From a bacterium (lineage in GTDB: Bacteria > Sysuimicrobiota > Sysuimicrobiia > Sysuimicrobiales > Humicultoraceae), in contig JBGQGY010000001.1 of assembly GCA_041497675.1 (NCBI GenBank), forward strand, positions 62,724 through 126,723: 64,000 nucleotides of DNA. The letters run 5' to 3'. This document shows, piece by piece, positions 52,976 through 61,789 of this stretch; within the stretch, counting starts at the first letter, position 1; every line of letters starts with the position of its first letter. Both the position numbers and the translations under genes were made by a program. The notes below the pieces were generated by a model that saw only the letters and a list, made by a program, of their open reading frames with translations, did no database searches and was not told the DNA's origin.

Positions 52976-54451
52976 ATGAGCGCCGTCCGCACGCGCTATG
53001 CGCCCTCCCCGACCGGCTACCTGCACATCGGGGGCGCGTGGGCCGCGTTCTTCGATTGGCTGTTCACCCGCCACGAGGACGGCGCGTTCATCCTGCGCAT
53101 TGAGGACACCGACCGATCGCGCTCGACGCAGGAGTTCGAGGCGGCCATCCTCGAGGATTTTCGATGGCTCGGGATCACCTGGGACGAGGGCCCCGACGTC
53201 GGCGGCCCGGTTGGACCCTACCGGCAGACGGAGCGGGCCGAGTTCTACACGCAGTACGCGCGGGAGATGGTCGAGCGGGGCGCGGCGTATCCGTGCTACT
53301 GTTCCGAGGCTGAACTGGATCAAGAACGCCAGACGGCGCGAGCCGCGGGGAAACCTTATAGGTACTCGGGCCGTTGCCGCACCCTCACCGCCCAACAGAC
53401 TGCGGCCTTAGAAGCGGAGGGCCGGAGGCCGTCGCTTCGGCTGCGGGTGACCAACCTGTCTGAACAAATTGTTGTCGACGATCTCATTCGTGGCCGTGTG
53501 ATCTTCGAACCTGAACATTTGGATGACTACATCATCGTCCGCTCGGACGGCTCGCCACTGTACAACTTCGCGAACGTGGTCGACGACCACCTGATGGAGA
53601 TCACCCACGTCATCCGCGGCAGCGAGCACCTGTCCAACACGCCCCGGCAGTTTGTGATGTATCGGGCGCTGGGCTGGACCCCGCCAGCCGTGGCGCACCT
53701 GCCGACGATCCTCGGTCAGGATCGCAAGAAGCTCAGCAAGCGGCACGGCGACACGGCGCTGCGCGAGTACAAGGCACAGGGATATCTGCCGGAGGCGATC
53801 CTCAACTTCTTTGCGCTGATGGCGTGGCATCCCGAGGGGGAGCGCGAGATCTATGAGGTGTCGGAGCTCATCCGTTCGTTCCGCTTGGAAGACGTGGGAG
53901 CGGCGTCACCGATCTTCGACGTTGAGAAACTCACGTGGCTGAACGGCGTCTACATGCGCCGGGCGATCGACACCGACTTGGATCGAGTTGTCGATCTTTG
54001 CGCAGGCATCCTGGCGCGCGAAGGTCTGCTCACGGGCCCGCTCACCCCGAACCAGGGGCAGTACCTGGGGCAGGTGATCGCGGTTGTCGGCGAGCGTCTC
54101 AAGATCGGCCAGGACATCATCGCGTATGCGGATTTTTTCTTCAGAGACGTGACATACGAGCCGGCCGCGGCGGCGAAACACTTCAACGGCGCGTCGGCGC
54201 CGTTGCTCGATGCGTACGCAGGCGCCCTCGCGGCACTGCCGGCGTTCGACCGTGCGAGCATCGAGGCGGCGCTACGCGAGGTGTGCGCGCGCGCGCGCGT
54301 CGATGCCCGCGCACTGATCCATCCGGCGCGGGTGGCGCTTACGGGCAAGACGGCGGGTCCAGGGCTGTTCGAGCTGACGGAACTGCTGGGCCGGGAGCGG
54401 GCCGTCGATCGGCTGCGCCGGGCGGCACAACACGCGCAGGGCGTGGCCTGA
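52976..54451 (+). CDS. gltX: Glutamate--tRNA ligase
   Basis: RYAPSPTG.LHIGG, RIEDTD, VVDDHLMEITHVIRG, KLSKR. Confidence 0.97.
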   Translation: MSAVRTRYAPSPTGYLHIGGAWAAFFDWLFTRHEDGAFILRIEDTDRSRSTQEFEAAILEDFRWLGITWDEGPDVGGPVGPYRQTERAEFYTQYAREMVERGAAYPCYCSEAELDQERQTARAAGKPYRYSGRCRTLTAQQTAALEAEGRRPSLRLRVTNLSEQIVVDDLIRGRVIFEPEHLDDYIIVRSDGSPLYNFANVVDDHLMEITHVIRGSEHLSNTPRQFVMYRALGWTPPAVAHLPTILGQDRKKLSKRHGDTALREYKAQGYLPEAILNFFALMAWHPEGEREIYEVSELIRSFRLEDVGAASPIFDVEKLTWLNGVYMRRAIDTDLDRVVDLCAGILAREGLLTGPLTPNQGQYLGQVIAVVGERLKIGQDIIAYADFFFRDVTYEPAAAAKHFNGASAPLLDAYAGALAALPAFDRASIEAALREVCARARVDARALIHPARVALTGKTAGPGLFELTELLGRERAVDRLRRAAQHAQGVA

Positions 54452-54457
54452 GAGACC

Positions 54458-54487
54458 TTGACCCCGGTCGGCCTGCGTTTCTATAAT
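54458..54487 (+). promoter_or_regulatory. tRNA promoter
   Basis: TTGACC, 18 bp spacer, TATAAT. Confidence 0.8.
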
Positions 54488-54531
54488 CATTGAGCGAGGA
54501 ACGCCGCGGCCCTACCGCGGCGTCTGCACGC

Positions 54532-54605
54532 TGGGGGATCGTCTAATGGTAGGACGACGGGCTCTGGACCCGTTAGTGGGGGTTCGAATCCTCCTCCCCC
54601 AGCCA
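54532..54605 (+). tRNA. tRNA-Gln (anticodon CTG), CCA encoded
   Basis: Acceptor stem TGGGGGA/TCCCCCA, anticodon arm ACGGG-CTCTGGA-CCCGT, T-loop GGTTCGAATCC, U1-A72 pair. Confidence 0.97.
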
Positions 54606-54728
54606 CAACACTAGTGCAATCGCTTTCTCCAGATAAACGATCCTAGGTTCACATTGTCTCGGTCCATAGCGCCCTTCCCTCTTCGGTGCTGATATGTGTT
54701 TACGCCGTCACCTTGGTACCGTGCTGAG

Positions 54729-54857
54729 GCCGAACGGACGCTCTCCTGGCTCAACCGCTTCCGGCGCCTGAAGATCCGCTACGAGCACCGGGCTGACATC
54801 CATCTGGCCTTTTTGCAGCTTGGCTGCGCCCTCATCTCCCTGCGTTTCCTCGGCTAA
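54729..54857 (+). pseudogene. IS5-family transposase C-terminal remnant
   Basis: Manual translation ERTLSWLNRFRRLKIRYEHRADIHLAFLQLGCALISLRFLG*. Confidence 0.85.
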
Positions 54858-54922
54858 CCACGTCCAACTCGCGAGAACGGTCGGCCTGGACCGCCGTGCA
54901 CGGCCTCTGCCATACTAGGGAC

Positions 54923-55363
54923 ATGACGATCAAGAGATTGGACCACGTCAGCGTCGTCGTCGACGACCTTGCAGCCGCTATCGCTTTTTTCACCGTGCTC
55001 GGCATGACGCGCGAAGGCGAGGCGTCGGTCGAGGGCTCGTGGGTGGACCGCATCAATGGGATCGAAGGTGTCCAAGCCGACATCGTTATGATGCGGACCC
55101 CAGATGGGCACGGGCGGCTTGAGCTGACGAAGTTTCGCAATCCAAAACTGGTCGAGATCGAACCGGCGATCGCACCGCCGAATACGCCGGGCCTCCGGAG
55201 CGTCATGTTTACAGTCGAAAGCGTCGATGACACTGTCGCTCGCCTGCGCGCCAACGGCGCCGAACTCGTCGGCGAGGTGGCCCAGTACGAGGACAAGTAC
55301 AGACTCTGCTACATGCGAGGCCCTGCGGGCATCATCGTCGCGCTGGCCGAGGAACTCTTCTGA
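54923..55363 (+). CDS. VOC/glyoxalase family protein
   Basis: RLDHVSVVVDDL, MRTPDGHGRLELTKF, YMRGPAGIIVALAE; TGCCATACT lies 6 nt before ATG. Confidence 0.92.
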   Translation: MTIKRLDHVSVVVDDLAAAIAFFTVLGMTREGEASVEGSWVDRINGIEGVQADIVMMRTPDGHGRLELTKFRNPKLVEIEPAIAPPNTPGLRSVMFTVESVDDTVARLRANGAELVGEVAQYEDKYRLCYMRGPAGIIVALAEELF

Positions 55364-55479
55364 AGCGTTCACCGCCTTCGGAGAAACCGGTGGCGCCCTA
55401 GGCGCTCCTTCGACTCGATCCCATGGCTCGCAACCATCCTGCTTTCTCGCCTACTTGCGCCGCGGTTTTGTTAGGCGCA

Positions 55480-55679
55480 CTAAGGCAGACCTTGCCAGCC
55501 TCGCCACGAAGGACGATCTGGCAGGAACGGAGCAACGGCTGATCAGCAAGGTTGAAGCGGAGGCCGAGAACCTCGCTCAGATTACGATCCGGGAGTTCGG
55601 GCGGATGCATCGGCGGACTGAGGCCCTGGCTCGCCACGTGGGGTACGCGTTTGCGCCAGAGGCTGAAGAACGTCCGTAG
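55480..55679 (+). pseudogene. C-terminal fragment of a coiled-coil protein (TKADL/ATKDDL repeat type)
   Basis: TKADLASLATKDDLAGTEQRLISKVEAEAENLAQITIREF; no credible start. Confidence 0.4.
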
Positions 55680-55699
55680 GGCGAACGAGCGTTCGAAGA

Positions 55700-55840
55700 T
55701 CAGGCAGCGTTTCCGAGCAGTTCTTTGAGCACGTCCACAGGGCGGGGGTTGTTCCTCAGAGCGGTTCGAACGTCTCTGATGATCCCCAGCCAGGTTCGAA
55801 GATCTTTCACGATGCCCGGGCGAGAGCTCGGGCTTCGAAC
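55700..55840 (-). repeat. Repeat copy 1: orphan C-terminal tail plus structured 48-bp arm
   Basis: Minus-strand WLGIIRDVRTALRNNPRPVDVLKELLGNAA* (55700-55792); CCCCAGCCA at 55784-55792. Confidence 0.85.
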
Positions 55841-56482
55841 CTAGGGAATCCCCACCTTCCATTTCTTTGCAATCGGGCCCCAGTAATTGAGGTTCTCGCC
55901 TAATGGACTGAGCCTGTTTTTCGCTTCCACGAAACCAACGTCATGCCAGAACTGAGAAGGATGCGACAGGCCGACCCTTTTCAGATGAGCAAGGTTCGCC
56001 TTGATGAGTTCACCTTTGACCATCTGTTCAAATACTCGCTGCGCCGCCCATCCCAGCAAGACAGTGATCTTAGGAGTGTCTGATTTCCAATACTGGGCGA
56101 TGTTGTTGATATTGTTCCGCACGTAGTTCTGAATATCGATCGGTGGATCGGGTACGCTGCCGCTACCCTCTGTTGCCTTTAGGTCGATGTATCGGAGGTG
56201 CCTGAGGATACTCAAATCCTGCTCCGCATACTTCAGATCGTCTACGGGGAGCCCGAGTACTGCTCGAAGCCGCAGCATTGTCCCGCAGTAGTAATGCGGG
56301 TCTTTCCAATAGTCTTTCCTGCGAGCGAGACGGAACCAATCGCCCATGTCCCTGCTGGAGGGATGGGGCCTGCCGCCGATCGGCTCGACGCCTACTATGA
56401 AGACTCTCGGTTCGCTCTGACGAAACAGGCGCGGATATGGCGGGCCATAAGTCCAACTTGAGCCAGAAGGATTCTGCAGCAC
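55841..56482 (-). CDS. Uracil-DNA glycosylase superfamily-like protein
   Basis: VFIVGVEP, PKITVLLG..A, LSHPS motifs in UDG-fold order; AT-richer than the host. Confidence 0.6.
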   Translation of the reverse strand: MLQNPSGSSWTYGPPYPRLFRQSEPRVFIVGVEPIGGRPHPSSRDMGDWFRLARRKDYWKDPHYYCGTMLRLRAVLGLPVDDLKYAEQDLSILRHLRYIDLKATEGSGSVPDPPIDIQNYVRNNINNIAQYWKSDTPKITVLLGWAAQRVFEQMVKGELIKANLAHLKRVGLSHPSQFWHDVGFVEAKNRLSPLGENLNYWGPIAKKWKVGIP

Positions 56483-56639
56483 GCGGCTACCCTGCCTATA
56501 AACTTACCAAGAATACTGCCAGGAGCAAGATGGTTTCCGAGGCGCGGTCGCTTGAATCCCAAGGTGAGTTACGTATTCCAGAATGGCCCTAAATTCTGAG
56601 AAGGCGTTGGCTTTCCTGCTTAATGCGGGCACTCGTTCG

Positions 56640-56727
56640 CTAAGCCGCGAGTAGCTCCTTGACCACCTCTGTTGGAATGGGATTTTTCAGGAGAGCGGTT
56701 CGAAGATCTCTGATGATTCCCCACCCA
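56640..56727 (-). repeat. Repeat copy 2: orphan C-terminal tail
   Basis: Minus-strand GWGIIRDLRTALLKNPIPTEVVKELLAA*; CCCCACCCA at 56719-56727. Confidence 0.85.
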
Positions 56728-56941
56728 ACATACGAACATTTGTTTGAGCAACAGATAGAAAAGGTTCGAAGCAGTCCTTGCCGCAGCATCGTGCGCTGAG
56801 CACGACATTTTTGTTTCAGGTTCAGATTGTTCGAATCCATTGTGCCGTCTTAGCAAAATCTGGTACATTCGTCGCACAAGAGAAGTCGGCAAGTCGCCCA
56901 GTAATCAGCCATTAACTACTAAGAACAATATGGTTTTGTGA

Positions 56942-57562
56942 ATGGTATCTAATATCGTCACATTCTTGTTGGGATGTTTGGCTGGGTGGTTTACTAACCA
57001 CTGGTATTCTGTAAACATGCGACATCCAAGCTTGAGACAGAGTGGTTCGGGAGGTGGAATTAATTTTGATGGCTCAGGTTATCGTTATGTTAGTGTTTCG
57101 CTACAGAACGAGCTGAGGCAATTAGCATTGATCCTTCCCGAAACGGTCATTTTCGGCAAACGGTTGAAGACACGTTTTGGCAATCAAATTGTCGAACGTG
57201 ACCCTGCGCGTCAGTGTAGAGCAAGACTCTTGGAAGAGTCGGGTAGGCATATCTGCCACCTCTGGTGGATGGATGGTCAAAAAACTGCAGAAACAGTTGA
57301 GATCAAATCCGGAGAGTCTTCAAACCTGATCTTGTTTCTTAGAAGCAACAATACTGGACAGTATTTTGTCTATCAGCCAACTTCTAACACTGATCTTACT
57401 CCCAAGACTCATGATGTGCCGACATTTAACAAAACAATGGCATTCTTAGTCGAGGTATCATACTTGCACGGTAGCCGAAGATTGCAATTTCCTGTAAAGG
57501 TGGTTATTGGTTACGACGGTGGATTTTCATTCGAAACAAAAAACAGCTCGGGGATGTTCTAA
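56942..57562 (+). CDS. Hypothetical protein with N-terminal membrane anchor, AT-rich foreign gene
   Basis: 206-aa ORF in AT-rich DNA; MVSNIVTFLLGCLAGWF then a beta-rich domain. Confidence 0.75.
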   Translation: MVSNIVTFLLGCLAGWFTNHWYSVNMRHPSLRQSGSGGGINFDGSGYRYVSVSLQNELRQLALILPETVIFGKRLKTRFGNQIVERDPARQCRARLLEESGRHICHLWWMDGQKTAETVEIKSGESSNLILFLRSNNTGQYFVYQPTSNTDLTPKTHDVPTFNKTMAFLVEVSYLHGSRRLQFPVKVVIGYDGGFSFETKNSSGMF

Positions 57563-57679
57563 TTAGCTTTTCATCACTCCCAGAGCGTCGCAGAGGATCT
57601 GTGGGCTGATCGATCAAGCGACTCTACTAACCAGGGCGAGGATTCCTTGACCTAGGTATCCCCGCCCGACCACCGTTCG

Positions 57680-57814
57680 CTACGCCGCCAGCAGCTCCTT
57701 GACTAGTTCCGCCGGAATGGGATTCTTAGAGAGGGTAGTTCGAAGATCTCTGATGATCCCCAGCCAGGTTCGAAGATCTCACATGATGCCCGGGCGAGAG
57801 CTCGGGCTTCGAAC
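57680..57814 (-). repeat. Repeat copy 3: orphan C-terminal tail plus structured 48-bp arm
   Basis: Minus-strand WLGIIRDLRTTLSKNPIPAELVKELLAA* (57680-57766); 57738-57814 is 72/77 identical to 55764-55840. Confidence 0.88.
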
Positions 57815-58018
57815 TTCACCGACGCCCAACCCTTCTCTGCGAATGAGGTTTAGCAAACGCGTGGCAATTCGGCGGATGACTCCTACCAGTGACCGCGGCC
57901 GAGAGGATGGCACGACTGAACCGCTCCCGGCTTCACGTCACCGAGGTCCAAATGGGGTTCCCCTGACAAGGTCGCGGCAGATTGAAGCCAAGCAAGCCTA
58001 AGACGAGGTTCTCTTTTC

Positions 58019-58318
58019 CTAAGCGGTTCTAGCCAGCGGAGGGTGGAGGACGACCTCATACTCCTCGAGATCGAGCAGTTCTGATCCTGGCACCTTAGCT
58101 GGACGGGTTGCCCGCAGTTCTGCGATTGGGGCGGCACTAGCGTCTAGGTGCTGAGTGTCCCACAGCGTCATCGAGAGGGTCTTTCCAGTTTTCCGATTGA
58201 CAAGGAAGAAACCGCCGAGGCTTCCAGGCAGGCTCAGAACAACAGGGACCACACGATCCTTCGTGACCCGAATGGCCTCGTCCGCCGGCTCCCTGAAGAT
58301 CGTTACACGAGCAAACAT
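58019..58318 (-). CDS. ABM-like (dimeric alpha-beta barrel) protein
   Basis: MFARVT...LPG..G...LVNRKTGK.LSMTLWDT...EYEV; SD GGAGG. Confidence 0.75.
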   Translation of the reverse strand: MFARVTIFREPADEAIRVTKDRVVPVVLSLPGSLGGFFLVNRKTGKTLSMTLWDTQHLDASAAPIAELRATRPAKVPGSELLDLEEYEVVLHPPLARTA

Positions 58319-58583
58319 TGCCCCACCTCCCGTCATGACGAGCACAGAGAATATTCTGACACGAAGAGCTGCTTCCTCCGCGACCCAACCGTGTGGGCTA
58401 GAACGGGTGCACCATGGCGCGGGGATAAGCCGGCCAATCTTCGCCCGGAAAGGACCGCAAGCCTCGGTTGTGTACAATCAGATTCCTCATCTTGACAATC
58501 CGGAATGGTATGTGAGGGGGAATCTGATGAGCGTCAAGTGTGTCGCGATTACAATGCTCTTCCCTGCTTAAAGGAGACATCGG

Positions 58584-58646
58584 ATGAGACAGCTCCAGAT
58601 AACTCCGCTTGATGGCTATGATCCCGAGATCGGTCGCTGGATGTGG
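58584..58646 (+). pseudogene. N-terminal fragment of a DinB-like protein
   Basis: SD AAGGAG then MRQLQITPLDGYDPEIGRWMW, after which similarity is lost. Confidence 0.5.
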
Positions 58647-58971
58647 GTTCCGGGTAAAAGACAGCGGGCGACCGTCCCAGGACTTGCCCGGTGAGCGAGC
58701 CACTTTTGCCACGTTCGAGGGGCTAAATAACCCGCGACGCAAACCCTCGGACCTGTGAAGGTTGGCTCGCTCACTTTCTTGTCAGCTTCCCCGGGCGGAA
58801 GGGAACTGTCACGCGGCCGTCGCCGCTCTGCTCGGTAAGCGCGCCATCCGATCGGGCCCCCCGAGGTCGTCGCGTTCCTCCGGCAGGCCATCAGACGGCT
58901 CGGTTCCTGATGTGGCTGGCGCGCTCTCCTATTACTTTTCTCCGCTACTCGGACCGCGGCATTGTCCTAAT

Positions 58972-59478
58972 TTACAGACGCACATTGAAGACGACAGTCA
59001 CGTTGGGCACGGGTACTCCGACCAGGACGACGGAGACTTGCGGGCCATAGTCCTCAGCGCGCACCGCCACAAGTGTGATTGTGTTCACAGGGACCAGGAC
59101 GGCCGTCGCCTGAATGGGGACGAGGTAGAAGATTCGTCCCCGTACTTTCGCACCCGCGGGAGTATTGAGCCGGACAAGCTGGCCAGGCGGAATGCCCGGT
59201 TGGCCGAACGCCAAGTAGGTGCCATACGGATCTCGCATGACGAACAGCGTGTAGCACCTGCCACTCTGAATCACCACGTTGCCGTAAACGAGAACCGCTG
59301 TCGGGCAGTAGAGTTCACCCTGCATGATGTGCTTGACCCTTACAGGCTTGCCCTGCCCGCCTCCCGGGTAATCCTTCGGGCCTTTCGGAGCAGGTGCGGC
59401 AGACCCGCCCAGGGTTAGGACAGCTGTCAGAACCGTGATCAGCAGCATGTTCAGCAGCGAGACCCGCATCCTTCGCAT
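58972..59478 (-). CDS. Secreted hypothetical protein
   Basis: SD GGAGGAG; signal peptide MRRMRVSLLNMLLITVLTAVLTLGGSAA; Cys pair, beta-rich. Confidence 0.75.
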   Translation of the reverse strand: MRRMRVSLLNMLLITVLTAVLTLGGSAAPAPKGPKDYPGGGQGKPVRVKHIMQGELYCPTAVLVYGNVVIQSGRCYTLFVMRDPYGTYLAFGQPGIPPGQLVRLNTPAGAKVRGRIFYLVPIQATAVLVPVNTITLVAVRAEDYGPQVSVVLVGVPVPNVTVVFNVRL

Positions 59479-59690
59479 CGAGTTTTCTCCTCCAGTTGCA
59501 CTGGTTCTCTGGCGCACCACGCTTGCTGCTGATACTTTACCCTCAAACGCGAGCCAATAGGCCGCCGGCTCGTGCGCCTTACTGGTACCCGCCCCGCGGG
59601 AAAGTGTCGTTTCGCGGCTATGAGTCAATTTGCTCCTGGTCTCTTCGATCGATGATCGGCGGCGGGTGCCGTGCCGGCCCGCAGCCAGCG

Positions 59691-59977
59691 TTAAGGACTG
59701 ACGGGGAAGAGCCATAACAGAACCCAGGCCGTGCGGATGATCGCACCCATCCCAAGGACTATGCCGCCGGCAGCCAACCCTCGGCTCCCGTTCTTGTCCA
59801 CGATCACTGCGCATCCCAGGAATGTCGCCACGCCCCCCCCGCCATAACTACTTCCAGAAACCCAGCATGTGACGCCGCGGCGCATATTTCATTCTTGCAT
59901 TGAATGTCGGCGGAAAACCCGAGAGCGATCAGTCCGCTGAGCGCGCCAAGCGCCAGAGCAATGATCGAGGCGACCAT
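59691..59977 (-). pseudogene. Small 3-TM membrane protein frameshifted in a G8 tract
   Basis: MVASIIALALGALSGLIALG...VVMAGG then G8 (59833-59840) then VATFLGCAVIVDK...LLWLFPVSP* in another frame. Confidence 0.6.
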
Positions 59978-60257
59978 CTCACCATCCCCCTAAACCGCCT
60001 TTAGTCACGACACCAACAAGATCCGCTCCCGGAGGGCGCTCCGCCTGCAACGTCATCTGCGCCTCCTCCGTTCAGCCTGTGACTTGACCCGTTCGACACG
60101 AACGCCCCTAGGCTCGATCCATGAGCCACGAAGAACCCCCCTGATAGTCCTCCGATGATCCCCCATGCTGACGTTGACCGTAGCAGGACCTAACTATGTT
60201 ATCCCGAACCCGGGTGCACAATGTTATCAGTGTGCCAGAGAAAAGGGAGACGGAGAC

Positions 60258-60527
60258 ATGGCTGTGCTCGTGACCGCTGAAGTGCCCGGCCAAACGCGGG
60301 AGGGATATGATCGACTGCTCGCCGTCCTGACCCCCGCACTTCGACACGCGAAGGGGTTCATTGCCCATGGTGCCGGTCCAGCTGGCGACGGGTGGCGGGT
60401 GTTCGAGCTCTGGGAATCGCTGGACGACGCCAACCAGTTCTTTGCCAAGCACATCCATCCGAACTTGCCGGAGGGCATCAAGCCGAAGCGGTCCATCCTG
60501 GAGTTGCACAGGTTGATTAGGGCATAG
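60258..60527 (+). CDS. ABM-like small protein
   Basis: GFIAHGAGPAGDGWRVFELWES; SD GGAG. Confidence 0.8.
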   Translation: MAVLVTAEVPGQTREGYDRLLAVLTPALRHAKGFIAHGAGPAGDGWRVFELWESLDDANQFFAKHIHPNLPEGIKPKRSILELHRLIRA

Positions 60528-60676
60528 GTCTCCATCAGACCGGCCTTGCTCTCCGCGGTCTGAAGCGTAACCCGTCTTCGAAATCTGCCTGTACCACAGC
60601 TACGAACCAATCTGACGGGCGGCGATCACAGCTAGAGAGGGGGGCCTCTATCCGTGGCCGCCGCCCCGCGGACCCT

Positions 60677-61189
60677 TTACGGCATCGCCTTAGCAGCCTT
60701 TTCCCCAACAGCCTTCAGCGCGGCTTCTGGCGTAAGTTCCTTGCCCTGTGCATCCACGTAATGGATGTCAAACGGCGCGTCCGAGTTGACATAGAGAGCG
60801 CAGGCCGACGTGCAGCGGAGCTGATGAGCATGGTGTCCGGGGTTCTGCACGAAGCCGCCGGCAGTCAGCGTCGCCGACTTCCCGTCCTTCACGTCGTAGC
60901 GCGCTGTGCCGCTGACGAACATCAGCTGCTCATTACCTGTGTGCCAGTGCCACGGAAGCACGCACCCGGCGGCCAACTTGGCGACGATGACCGAGGACCC
61001 CTTGGTAGGATCGCCGCTCACCACAGCGCCTACCGCGCACGTGGGCAGCCCGGGGAAGTTGGTGAACTTGATGTCTTTCAGGTTGCGAGCGGCCGGTTGG
61101 CCCATGGCGTCTTGCGCCTGCGCGAGCAGTGGCAAGACCACGATCAGCAGCACAACAAGCGCGGTGCACCATAACCGACGGTACGTCAT
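60677..61189 (-). CDS. Secreted cupin (DUF4437-like)
   Basis: Signal peptide ending AQA, GDPTKG, PWHWHT.NE...VSG, PGHHAH. Confidence 0.85.
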   Translation of the reverse strand: MTYRRLWCTALVVLLIVVLPLLAQAQDAMGQPAARNLKDIKFTNFPGLPTCAVGAVVSGDPTKGSSVIVAKLAAGCVLPWHWHTGNEQLMFVSGTARYDVKDGKSATLTAGGFVQNPGHHAHQLRCTSACALYVNSDAPFDIHYVDAQGKELTPEAALKAVGEKAAKAMP

Positions 61190-61357
61190 GTCTCGGCCTC
61201 CTCTGAATCGGATCATCAACATCAGCCTATTGCCCTCTAGGTCGTCGCGTTCCTCCTGCCGGCTGTCAGGCTGCTCGGAATCCTGGCAGTCGCTCACCTT
61301 TATGCTTGACGCGCGTTCGACACGAACGGCGCTACGGTGGTGCTGAGGTGATCCACC

Positions 61358-61597
61358 GTGAGCGAACAGCCTCTCCGCTATCTCAAGGCCGACGCGACGG
61401 ACGGTCGCCTGATCCTCGGCAATGACTACCGATACACACGCGATCAAGTGGACCGGTACGGCATCCCGAAGATCCGCGATCTGATCGTCCACACCATAGA
61501 CGAGCTGGAGCACGCCCTCTGGGAAACCGTCGCTATCCCGTGGCCGGTCATGCGCCTCTGGATTGCAGAAACGCTCGAGCTCCCGTCAAAGCCGTGA
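61358..61597 (+). CDS. Small hypothetical protein
   Basis: SD GAGGTG, GTG start, 79 aa with coding-like composition. Confidence 0.55.
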   Translation: MSEQPLRYLKADATDGRLILGNDYRYTRDQVDRYGIPKIRDLIVHTIDELEHALWETVAIPWPVMRLWIAETLELPSKP

Positions 61598-61789
61598 CCT
61601 CACGCGAACTCAAACCTGCCCGGATCAGCGGTCAGTGACTTCAGGTTTCCGCAGGGACCCTTTTACGCGCGTGCGGAGCCCCGCGGGAAGAGGGCCCGCA
61701 GTTTGAGGAATTGTTTCTCCTAGAGGTGCCAACTCACAAATGCGGCCGCTAGTGAGAGTGATCCAGCGATGCCGATGAAGACTAGTTGG

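Noticed and set aside
52976..54605. Inferring discriminating versus non-discriminating GluRS
   Set aside because: tRNA-Gln U1-A72 and adjacency fit the transamidation route, but the Arg in GERLK is not diagnostic; this needs glnS/gatCAB status
55763..55792. Additional tRNA genes at the repeat copies
   Set aside because: Only the T-loop-like motif and the last 9 nt match; spacing is 5 nt too long and there is no D or anticodon arm
55793..55843. Repeat arm as a classical integron attC
   Set aside because: Lacks RYYYAAC...GTTRRRY ends in the proper orientation; cargo genes are not co-oriented; no IntI in the window
55690..57814. Repeats as a CRISPR array
   Set aside because: Only three long degenerate copies about 1 kb apart with whole genes between them; no regular spacers and no cas genes
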